The notes under the pieces: generated by a model | What the model saw: the letters and a program-made list of their open reading frames with translations, nothing else | The model's database searches: none | Told to the model about the DNA's origin: nothing | Position numbers and translations under genes: made by a program | Shown here: piece after piece, positions 36,352-44,706 of the stretch | How positions within the stretch are numbered: position 1 is the stretch's first letter | Layout of the letters: the number at the start of each line of letters is the position of its first letter | NCBI GenBank assembly: GCA_022451485.1 | Contig: JAKUQS010000006.1 | Span: 23,648-87,647 of the forward strand | Source: Gammaproteobacteria bacterium | GTDB taxonomy: Bacteria; Pseudomonadota; Gammaproteobacteria; Arenicellales; UBA868 | Reading direction: 5' to 3' | DNA: 64,000 nucleotides

Positions 36352-36508
36352 TATACTACCTTGCCAATTTGTAACCCTTCACCCACTTATTGCGTACAGC
36401 TACATACGCCTAGCCACAGCGTGCGCCGTCCACAACAATCCTATGTTGGAAACTTACCCTGGTGACCGAATACGCCGACCACCAGGGTAATAAACCACAA
36501 AACGCAGA

Positions 36509-37792
36509 TTAAGCAGTCAAAAACTCAGTCCAACGTTTAACCAGATAATCGTTTTCCTTCATCAGAGAATTCCAGACGGCGATCTTCTTGAATCGATCCC
36601 AGTAAGAGCCACCATCCCGGACTTCGCCTTTGGGTACCAACGGGTTACCGAACGGGTCCATTAGTTCCTTGGCCGCTGGTTTACCCATATACCAATAGTC
36701 CCATTCTTCAGGAGAAAGATGTTTTTTTACATTATCGGTCTGTGACATATAGTAGCCCTGACGCGCGACAAATGCCCCGGCCCAACCATCGAGCCACCAG
36801 TTAATGTACTCATAGGCCTGATCCAGACGTTTCCCTGAAACTTTGTTGGAAATAGACAATCCACCGTGCCAGCCACGATAGCCCTCTTTAAGATCGGCGT
36901 AAATACAGGGAACCCCTTCCGATCGAATAGCCGTCACCGCCGGAGACCACATACTTTCTACAGCCACCTCACCCGAAACCATCAGATTGACTGACTGGCC
37001 AAACGTCTCCCAGAACGCGCGGAAATGTCCAACCCGCTTTTTCTCAATCAGGAAGTCGATAAGCACATCAATCTCCTGTCGAGTCATATCACCCTTATCC
37101 TTAAACTTGATAAGGCCACTTGCTTCGGCACCCATTGCGGCGTCCATTACCCCGATTTGTGGGACATTCAACAACGCAACCTGACCGCGAAACTTGTCAT
37201 CAAAAAGCGACGCCCAGCTCTCTAACTTACCGCCGGTTTCCTCAGGGTTGTATCCGAGAGTATCGGCGTTGTGCCAAGTCGGCACAGCAGAAACATACCG
37301 AGATGGTCCGTCGATCAAATCTCCCGATTCATTGATCCAAAGCTTTCGAAAAGGCGCATCGCCGTCGCCTGGGTTCGAGTCCGGCGTTAAACGACCGGTC
37401 TTGCTCAGATCAGAGATGGAGTCCCAATCCTTCACCCGTTTCGTATCAGTTGGATGCCAAACCTTAGCCGGTATAAATACGTCAAAATCGTTGTAATAGC
37501 CTTCGGCGATGTCGTACTGATCATTTTGATTCAACATTTTCCCGAACATCGCACCGTAACCAAGTGCTTGGCCTCGCACTTCAAACCCCAAATCTTTAGA
37601 GGCCTGCGCCTGAATATCGTTAATGATGCTCACACCAAGGCCAATGGTCCGCAATGGCTCATTGCCGGTAGAGATATATGGAAACCCTGCCACGACTGTA
37701 CCCGCCGCAACCGCTTTGGCAGTCGTACCCATAAACTGACGACGACTCATACCGCCCTTTGTCCTATCTGATGTCTTCACTTTATCCGCCAT
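36509..37792 (-). CDS. ABC transporter periplasmic substrate-binding protein (PotD/PotF family) with Tat signal
   Basis: Twin-arginine motif SRRQFMGTTAKAVAAGTVVAG, then a PotD/F-like domain. Strong AAGGAGG RBS 9 nt upstream of the ATG at 37792. Confidence 0.75.
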   Translation of the reverse strand: MADKVKTSDRTKGGMSRRQFMGTTAKAVAAGTVVAGFPYISTGNEPLRTIGLGVSIINDIQAQASKDLGFEVRGQALGYGAMFGKMLNQNDQYDIAEGYYNDFDVFIPAKVWHPTDTKRVKDWDSISDLSKTGRLTPDSNPGDGDAPFRKLWINESGDLIDGPSRYVSAVPTWHNADTLGYNPEETGGKLESWASLFDDKFRGQVALLNVPQIGVMDAAMGAEASGLIKFKDKGDMTRQEIDVLIDFLIEKKRVGHFRAFWETFGQSVNLMVSGEVAVESMWSPAVTAIRSEGVPCIYADLKEGYRGWHGGLSISNKVSGKRLDQAYEYINWWLDGWAGAFVARQGYYMSQTDNVKKHLSPEEWDYWYMGKPAAKELMDPFGNPLVPKGEVRDGGSYWDRFKKIAVWNSLMKENDYLVKRWTEFLTA

Positions 37793-37902
37793 AGCTCTGT
37801 TCCTCCTTGTAATTTTAATTACCCCAAAAAGTCTTAAACAGTATGTTTCAATCCAGTGGGGCCTCCCGGTAACATTTGCGCATTATGCGCCCCTGCTATC
37901 CA

Positions 37903-38370
37903 CTATGCCTTAACCGGTCGAATTAATTTCAACAACCAAAAGATGATACAAAAAACACCGGTAATCACTACTAATGCAATGATCGTTCCTACTTGTTTAC
38001 CAAATCCCCCATCAAAAGTGTAGCCTGTCTGCAGCAGATAAACACAGGCATTTTGAACCGCCTGTAATGCCGCTCCTGCAGACAAAAGAACCGCTGTGAA
38101 GGTTGATCCCCGTAACGACGTTAACACCATCGACTCCACACTGCCCTGTCCCCTGATATACGTTTTATACGCGCTCCAGTGAAACGCACAAAACCCTAGA
38201 AGCCCAATGATCACTGTCACCCAGAAAACACTGTTTTGAAAGGTAAATCCATTCAAAACAATATTTACCAAAGCCTCAAACGGAGGAAAAAAGTAGAGGA
38301 AGGTTAACGCCAATATGAGAAGGAGAAACCCTACCAGAGTCCAAAACCACTGCCAGCCCGTCATTACCAC
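37903..38370 (-). CDS. Small integral membrane protein (about 4 TM), paralog of 25513-26058
   Basis: 155 aa. TAVLLSAGAALQAVQNACVYLL parallels LQIAILAAVILCAGATIQAVEMLSEHL in the 25513 protein, and both have a similar hydrophobic C-terminal helix. Confidence 0.5.
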   Translation of the reverse strand: MVMTGWQWFWTLVGFLLLILALTFLYFFPPFEALVNIVLNGFTFQNSVFWVTVIIGLLGFCAFHWSAYKTYIRGQGSVESMVLTSLRGSTFTAVLLSAGAALQAVQNACVYLLQTGYTFDGGFGKQVGTIIALVVITGVFCIIFWLLKLIRPVKA

Positions 38371-38440
38371 TCACACCTCATTGCAAAAGATGAAGACGAT
38401 CACTAATCATATAGTGTCTTTATGCGTTCAAACAGCCCGC

Positions 38441-39493
38441 TTAGGGTGCCACGCTGACCAGAAGGATGCCATAGATAACAAGGAATAGCACATCCCGGAC
38501 GCCACCCGCCCCCTGTTTCCCTGACCCACGAGTTCCAATCAGGATCATCACCTCAATCAAGGTAAATATTAGCCCCAGGAAGAAAAATGGCCAGATAGAG
38601 TCCCACCAGGAGCTGTCTGGAAGCACCTCATACGCTTGGACTGTTCTCCAAACCAGCAACAACAAGGGCATTAGGGTGAAATAAACATAGGCAACAAGAA
38701 ATCGATACCGAGTGGCCCTGCGATCTACCATCCAAAATACGACGAAGAAACCGACGATATTCACCACATCCCAGAATAATCCGCGGTACGTCGCCCCATC
38801 ACCGTGCTGGACAACATTTAGAAAGGCCAGAAAAAGAAAAAATACCATCGCGTCACAAAAAGCCCATTCGCGAAGCGTTTCACCCGAGCGTTTAATCGAC
38901 CATTCCCGAGTCGCCTTGTCGAAAAGCAGCACCAGGGCCACGCCCAGCGTCGCTGGATAGAGCAAGTGAAGAATCAGCCGGTATTGATCGGCGGGTTCAA
39001 CGGCTAGCCAATTCAGTAACAACAGCCCGACAAACAGACACAATAAACCCAACATACCCGCCCCAGCGGGAGTCTGCGTCGAGTTCATGGGTTGGTCTAC
39101 TCCACTCGCGGAAGCAGAATTAATCGGTGCTTTCTTGGGCCAACGTACAAACGCGCCAATCACAAAAGCCAAAAGAGCGCCCACCACAGCGACACCCATA
39201 ATGGTTAAGAACACGTCCGATCGGGCATCTGCCCGCCAAGTGGACTGGACAGCGACGGCATCTGAATACGACTGTACGATTAGCGTTATGCCCCCTATCA
39301 CGATAATCAGCAATGCTATGATTGCCAGCAGATATTCCATCCAAAGCACCCGTTCACCCTGCACGGAAGTATCGTCGCTACCCACCTCTGGGGAAGTACG
39401 ATGCCTCATGAGGAGATAGGCAACAAACGCCAACACAGCAATCACGGCCAGGCCACCCATAACAAAAATAAATGCTAGTGATTGAGCTACCAT
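38441..39493 (-). CDS. Polytopic integral membrane protein (about 8-9 TM), unknown function
   Basis: 350 aa with multiple long hydrophobic segments and no recognisable family signature by eye. Lies directly downstream of hyuAB pair 4. Confidence 0.5.
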   Translation of the reverse strand: MVAQSLAFIFVMGGLAVIAVLAFVAYLLMRHRTSPEVGSDDTSVQGERVLWMEYLLAIIALLIIVIGGITLIVQSYSDAVAVQSTWRADARSDVFLTIMGVAVVGALLAFVIGAFVRWPKKAPINSASASGVDQPMNSTQTPAGAGMLGLLCLFVGLLLLNWLAVEPADQYRLILHLLYPATLGVALVLLFDKATREWSIKRSGETLREWAFCDAMVFFLFLAFLNVVQHGDGATYRGLFWDVVNIVGFFVVFWMVDRRATRYRFLVAYVYFTLMPLLLLVWRTVQAYEVLPDSSWWDSIWPFFFLGLIFTLIEVMILIGTRGSGKQGAGGVRDVLFLVIYGILLVSVAP

Positions 39494-39553
39494 TCGTTCC
39501 CCGACAATGTCTTAGTCGATGTCAATTCCACAGCAATCGGTGAAATAATCGAA

Positions 39554-41680
39554 TCATGACTTCTCGGCAATCAGTCGTTCCACGCACCGTTGGAAGCTCA
39601 TGTCACTCGCTGCCTGAAATGCAGCCCCTAACGATGCCCCAGGATCAGTTACCGCCGAGCCGGTCTCAGCAACATAGGAATGATTTGCTCGTAATTCGCC
39701 TCGGACTTCTGCAATGTTTCCTCGTTGAGAGTAGTAGACCACCTCAAAACTCCATTGGTCCCCTACAGTTGCACGTATTGCAGTAAGGGATTCCGACTTA
39801 TCGACCTTCGACAGAATCGCCTCACTAATGGCACTTGATGGGGGAGCAGGAGCTTGATCACGAAGTTCTTCGTTGCCGACAGGGGCCGGCGTTACCGAAA
39901 TCGCAACGTTGCTCGGTGCGTTTTCCATTTGCGACCGCAGACTATTTGTCGCCGTCTCGTCCACCTCTTCATTGACAACATCAATCACCACGCCATAGGC
40001 ATTACGCGCATGTTCAACAGTACAAAAATCATCTAAGACATCCCCGAGAACGTCCTCTGCGGGGCGTTCAAGTGGATTTCCGTAACCTCCCCCACATGGC
40101 GCATAAAATGCGTGAACATCGCCCGACTTAACTCGCAAACCAGAGAATTTTGCGGGCATACTCTGGACATCGCTCGGGTCATCAACATTAAAGACTTCGA
40201 CCTTACCAGTGGCTCCCGACCAGCCACCAAAAATACCCCATGGAACATCGTGGTGTCTTTCATTTTCATGCGTAATAAAACCATCTGTGAGAACACGTTG
40301 TGACTTGACCACGCCAATGCCCCCTCGATACCTTCCCGCCCCAGGCAGCACGTCGTCACGTAATTCGTAACGATCACAGATCATAGGAAGATGCATGCCA
40401 AGATCTTCCAATGGATTATTTCGTGTATTCGCCATCAAATTGTCGATACTGTCAGGACCATCCGATTGCGGACGACCTCCGTAGGCGCCCTCATTGACTT
40501 CCAGGAATACCCAGTAATCTCCAGACGGTCGAACCCCTGAATACGCCGCGAAAGACAAAGAGGCAGAACTACCAGCAATGATCTCGTTGGGTAGCACAGG
40601 TGCGAGTGCTTTATAAATCAGATCAATTGCTCGATTCACTTGAGTAAAACGGGCTTCTGCAGCTGCAGGATATTCTGGGTTATAGATCGATCCCTTTGGC
40701 GCTATCACCTCGATGGGTCGAAATGAACCTTCATTCGAGGGGACAGTAATCTCAGAAGTTTCTGCGTCCAACAGTAAAGAACGAATAGCGCAGTAACAGC
40801 CCACTTTGGTGGAGCCTTCAAAGGGCACATTGAAACCGGTTTCAACCTGAGCCGAGGACCCCGTCAGATCTACTTGTATAGAATCACCCATAATTCGAAC
40901 ACACACCTTAATGGGTAACCGGACATCTCGATTTTTCCCGTCATCATCGAGAAAACCTTCTGCGCGGTACTCGCCATCTGGAATCTCAGCGATTCGTTGC
41001 CGCACCACTCGTTCCGTATAATCCATCAATTGGCGAGTCGCCGAGATTATCGTGTCCTTACCATAACGATCCATCAATTCTTGAAAACGGCGAACACCCA
41101 GCCGGGCTGAAGCTATTTGGGCCTCAATGTCACTTTGCAATTGTGTTGCAGCTCGGCTGTTCCGACCTAAAAACTCCCAAAGCCCTTCGTTGCGTGAGCC
41201 TTTCTCATAAAGTTTGGTGCCCGCAAATAGCATTCCCTCTGCAAAAACATCAGGAATGTCAATAATCAAGCCCGGGGTGGCCGCTCCGATATCAAGATGA
41301 TGTGCCGTATTAGCGCCGAAACCCACCAGTTCACCGCCATAAAAACAAGGAATAACTATTCCTATATCGGGTGAATGACTGGCTCCAAGGTAAGGATGAT
41401 TGTGAATCACAACATCACCTTCATTCCACTCTCCGCCTTGAAGGGATTCCTCAATCCCTCTCAAATATCCCGGCAGTGAACCAATATGAAGCGGCGTCGA
41501 TTCTGACTCACATAACGTGTTGAAATCAGTATCAAACAGCCCCGCTCCCAGATCTTGCGATTCGCGAATGATTGACGAAAACGACATCCGATACAGGATG
41601 TGACCCATCTCTTCAGCTATGGTGTCAAGTGCGCCACTGATGACTTGCAGCGTAATCGGATCTAATTCTTGCGAGGACAT
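39554..41680 (-). CDS. hyuB: Hydantoinase B/oxoprolinase family subunit with ~130-aa C-terminal extension carrying the recurrent ~80-aa domain (pair 4)
   Basis: DPITLQVISGALDTIAEEMGHILYRMSFSSIIRESQD, the HNHPYLGASHSPD variant motif and GGGYGNPLERP. After the usual C-terminus (NAYGVVIDV) comes a Pro/Ala/Ser-rich linker, then GDQWSFEVVYYSQRGNIAEVRGELRANHSYVAETGSAV...ASLGAAFQAASDMSFQRCVERL, which is homologous to the 24312 protein. Confidence 0.8.
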   Translation of the reverse strand: MSSQELDPITLQVISGALDTIAEEMGHILYRMSFSSIIRESQDLGAGLFDTDFNTLCESESTPLHIGSLPGYLRGIEESLQGGEWNEGDVVIHNHPYLGASHSPDIGIVIPCFYGGELVGFGANTAHHLDIGAATPGLIIDIPDVFAEGMLFAGTKLYEKGSRNEGLWEFLGRNSRAATQLQSDIEAQIASARLGVRRFQELMDRYGKDTIISATRQLMDYTERVVRQRIAEIPDGEYRAEGFLDDDGKNRDVRLPIKVCVRIMGDSIQVDLTGSSAQVETGFNVPFEGSTKVGCYCAIRSLLLDAETSEITVPSNEGSFRPIEVIAPKGSIYNPEYPAAAEARFTQVNRAIDLIYKALAPVLPNEIIAGSSASLSFAAYSGVRPSGDYWVFLEVNEGAYGGRPQSDGPDSIDNLMANTRNNPLEDLGMHLPMICDRYELRDDVLPGAGRYRGGIGVVKSQRVLTDGFITHENERHHDVPWGIFGGWSGATGKVEVFNVDDPSDVQSMPAKFSGLRVKSGDVHAFYAPCGGGYGNPLERPAEDVLGDVLDDFCTVEHARNAYGVVIDVVNEEVDETATNSLRSQMENAPSNVAISVTPAPVGNEELRDQAPAPPSSAISEAILSKVDKSESLTAIRATVGDQWSFEVVYYSQRGNIAEVRGELRANHSYVAETGSAVTDPGASLGAAFQAASDMSFQRCVERLIAEKS

Positions 41681-41699
41681 AAGTTATAAATTCATTTTC

Positions 41700-43781
41700 T
41701 CAATGGGAGAGCCGGCTTTCGATGGTCAGGTTTCCAAATTGACCTACATTGGCGGTGTAATCGGGTGGAATCAAAATCGTTGAATTGTGTTGGACCACCA
41801 CCGCCGGTCCAGAAATTACATGACCACCAAACAATTGACTCCGATCATAACGTGGTGTTGGGTAAGAATTTCCGTCATCAAACACTGTCTCTTGAGTGTA
41901 CAGAATTGCTGTTGCTACCGACTCTTTACCGGCTGTTGCAACTTCCGGGACCCGCAGTGGCGTTACATGTTGAACGCCTATCACTCGTAGCGTAATGAGT
42001 TCCACCTCACCGTCTCTAAATGCATAGCCATAGTCCAGCTCATGCTGCTGATGGAAACGATCAATGACTTCCACCATGGAAGATTCTGTTACCTGATCCG
42101 CTTCAATAAGAGCGCGTAATTCGAACCCTTGCCCGTGATATCGACATTCCGCGATTCTCTGAAAGTGCTGTTCAGAAACCGGAACACCATCACCTTCAAG
42201 ATCTTTTCGACACGCCTCTAAAAGTTCTGACAAAACACGATTGATTTTCGTCAGGTTTTCGTGCGTGATGTCGGATAAGGAAGCGATCACTGACCGTGCG
42301 TGCTCATACTGCATATCAGTTTGCAATAAACCCATAGCCGCAGTAATACCGGGAGCGACTGGAACGATGACATTCTTTGCCGACACCGCCTCCGCAAGGG
42401 CAACACCGTGCAGCGGACCTGCCCCACCGAACGGGATTAGGGAATAGTCCCTTGGGTCAACACCACGGGCGACTGAATTAGATCTAATGGCAAGCGCCAT
42501 ATTAGAGTTTACCAACCGAATGATCCCTAAAGCTGCATCTGTCGTTGAGATCCCTAGTGGCCGCGCTATCTTGTTCTCGATCGCCTGATCCGCCAGATCT
42601 TTATCTAAGGGAAGATCTCCACCCAACATCTTATCCGGATCCAGCCGGCCCAAAGAAACCTGCGCATCTGTAACTGTTGGCTCAACGCCACCACGCCCAT
42701 AACACGCCGGCCCTGGGTCCGCACCGGCAGAACGCGGCCCAACATGAAACCCGCCGGCCGAATCGATATAGGCAATAGATCCTCCACCCGCCCCGATAGT
42801 AACCAGATCAATCATAGGAATTAATACAGGATGCCCACTGACATAGGTATCCCGTGGATTCATTATCTTGATTTGACCGTCTGTGATGGTGCTGATATCA
42901 GCAGATGTACCGCCGATATCTACGGTAATGATATTCTGGGTGTTACACGCTACTGCTTCCGACTTCCCACCGATGACACCGCCCGCTGGCCCAGACATCA
43001 GCATCGTCACAGCACGCTGAGAACAGGTCTCTACTGTTGCTATGCCGCCATTCGACTGAATAATTCGCAAATTGGCATTAAAGCCCTCGCGGTTAAGCTT
43101 ATCTTTTAAGTTATTGAGATAAAACGACGTTCTTGGTCCAACAAACCCGTTCATTGCCGCTGTCGAAAATCGTTCGTACTCACGTAAGACGTTCGCGACA
43201 TCAGAGGACGCACAAACAAAAGCGTCCGGCATTTCCTTTTCGACAATCGCTTTAGCACGCCGCTCGTGTGAATCATTTAGGAAAGAAAACATGAACCCGA
43301 TCACAACAGACCGAATGCCTCGTTTTTTGAACAAAGCCACCGCTTCGAGAATCTCATCCTCGTTAAGAGGTGTTTCAATATCACCGGTCGGTGGCCGAAT
43401 GCACTCGGTCACCGCAATACGGTTGCGCCGTTTTATCAGAGGCCGACTCTGCCACGGAACATCAAAGTGCAAAGAGAAGTTATAAGGCCGTTTATGCCGC
43501 CCGATATGTAAAATATCTCGAAAATTTCGCGTTGTAATCATTCCAACTTCCGCGCCATCATTCTCAAGCGTCACGTTGGTAGCAACGGTTGTTCCGTGTA
43601 CGATAAGGTCGATGTCACTCGGTTTAACATCCGCTTGCTCACAGAGCTCCCGCAAACCAACCAACACTCCATCCGACTGGTCGCTCGGAGTACTTGCCAC
43701 TTTGTGGAAATAAACTCCGTGATCAGCCTCCAGGACCAGATCCGTATTGGTTCCGCCTACATCTACGCCTACCCTAGCCAT
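41700..43781 (-). CDS. hyuA: Hydantoinase/oxoprolinase A-type subunit (pair 4)
   Basis: MARVGVDVGGTNTDLVLE, IVHGTTVATNVTLENDGAEVGMITTRNFRDILHIGR and DIGGTSADISTI. ATG at 43781 with AAGGA 8 nt upstream; the ORF-track start at 43784 is TTG. Confidence 0.85.
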   Translation of the reverse strand: MARVGVDVGGTNTDLVLEADHGVYFHKVASTPSDQSDGVLVGLRELCEQADVKPSDIDLIVHGTTVATNVTLENDGAEVGMITTRNFRDILHIGRHKRPYNFSLHFDVPWQSRPLIKRRNRIAVTECIRPPTGDIETPLNEDEILEAVALFKKRGIRSVVIGFMFSFLNDSHERRAKAIVEKEMPDAFVCASSDVANVLREYERFSTAAMNGFVGPRTSFYLNNLKDKLNREGFNANLRIIQSNGGIATVETCSQRAVTMLMSGPAGGVIGGKSEAVACNTQNIITVDIGGTSADISTITDGQIKIMNPRDTYVSGHPVLIPMIDLVTIGAGGGSIAYIDSAGGFHVGPRSAGADPGPACYGRGGVEPTVTDAQVSLGRLDPDKMLGGDLPLDKDLADQAIENKIARPLGISTTDAALGIIRLVNSNMALAIRSNSVARGVDPRDYSLIPFGGAGPLHGVALAEAVSAKNVIVPVAPGITAAMGLLQTDMQYEHARSVIASLSDITHENLTKINRVLSELLEACRKDLEGDGVPVSEQHFQRIAECRYHGQGFELRALIEADQVTESSMVEVIDRFHQQHELDYGYAFRDGEVELITLRVIGVQHVTPLRVPEVATAGKESVATAILYTQETVFDDGNSYPTPRYDRSQLFGGHVISGPAVVVQHNSTILIPPDYTANVGQFGNLTIESRLSH

Positions 43782-43927
43782 CAATCATCCTTGTTAGAAT
43801 TGATCCTTGTTCATGAAATATGTCAAACGCCCTACCAATAACCCTCTCTAACTCACTCGTCAAGTCATTCGCCGATGATTCTCCCTGAAACTGCAGTTCA
43901 ACCAGCAAAACACTTTACCCGATACCT

Positions 43928-44611
43928 ATGACGAAACAGCAGATCGAGGACGATGCCATTAGCGCATTTAAGATCATTCAAAATGGTGGTATTGGGATTC
44001 TTCCCATGGATATTGGTTACTCATTGATTGGTGGGTCGTCTGACTCATTAATGCATATCTTCGAAACCAAAGGGCGCGCCAGTGGAAAGCTGAATGCGTT
44101 CGTTGGCGATCTCACGTCGGCCGATGAGCTACTTAATTTAACCCCTAAATCACGAGAACTTCTGCATTTACTCACCAAAACCTATGATCTACCGTTAGGG
44201 GCAATCGCTCCTTGTAACTTAAACCACCCCCTCCTAAAAGCCCTTGATAGCCGCACAAGGAGGATGAGCGTTAAAGCTGGGACCATTGTGCTCCTGGTTA
44301 ACGCCGGCCCGTTTCATGCCGCAATCAGTCGCCTCAGCCGCCAAACTGGCTATTTATTAATCGGTTCCTCTGCCAACCTCTCGAATTCAGGAACAAAATT
44401 CACGGTGGCCGATATTGAACCAGAAATATTAGATATTGCGGATATCATCATTGATCATGGGCTCCGCAAATACCACCTATATGGGCAATCATCGACGTTG
44501 TTAAACCTAGATACATTTGAAGTCGTCCGTCATGGGGCGTGCTTCGAACTGATCGCAGATGTCATCCAACGGCATTACGGTATAAAACTCACCGACCCGA
44601 AGGCAGGCTGA
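43928..44611 (+). CDS. Sua5/YciO/YrdC family protein (threonylcarbamoyl-adenylate-synthase-like fold)
   Basis: FKIIQNGGIGILPMDIGYSLIGGSSDSLMHIFETKGRASGKL matches the YrdC signature. Divergently transcribed from hyuAB pair 4. Confidence 0.55.
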   Translation: MTKQQIEDDAISAFKIIQNGGIGILPMDIGYSLIGGSSDSLMHIFETKGRASGKLNAFVGDLTSADELLNLTPKSRELLHLLTKTYDLPLGAIAPCNLNHPLLKALDSRTRRMSVKAGTIVLLVNAGPFHAAISRLSRQTGYLLIGSSANLSNSGTKFTVADIEPEILDIADIIIDHGLRKYHLYGQSSTLLNLDTFEVVRHGACFELIADVIQRHYGIKLTDPKAG

Positions 44612-44706
44612 GGTTATTCGATCGCGTTACCACCAGCGATTCAGGCAGCCCCGTATTGAACTGTGCGTGCAGGCGTCGGGTAGCGGCGGTGTCCCCCACA
44701 TCGATC

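Noticed and set aside
37801-37830. Near-palindrome GTAATTTTAATTAC just upstream of the binding-protein gene's RBS
   Set aside because: A short AT-rich inverted repeat with a central mismatch. It could be an operator, but it cannot be told apart from chance or from a -10/-35 region without supporting data.
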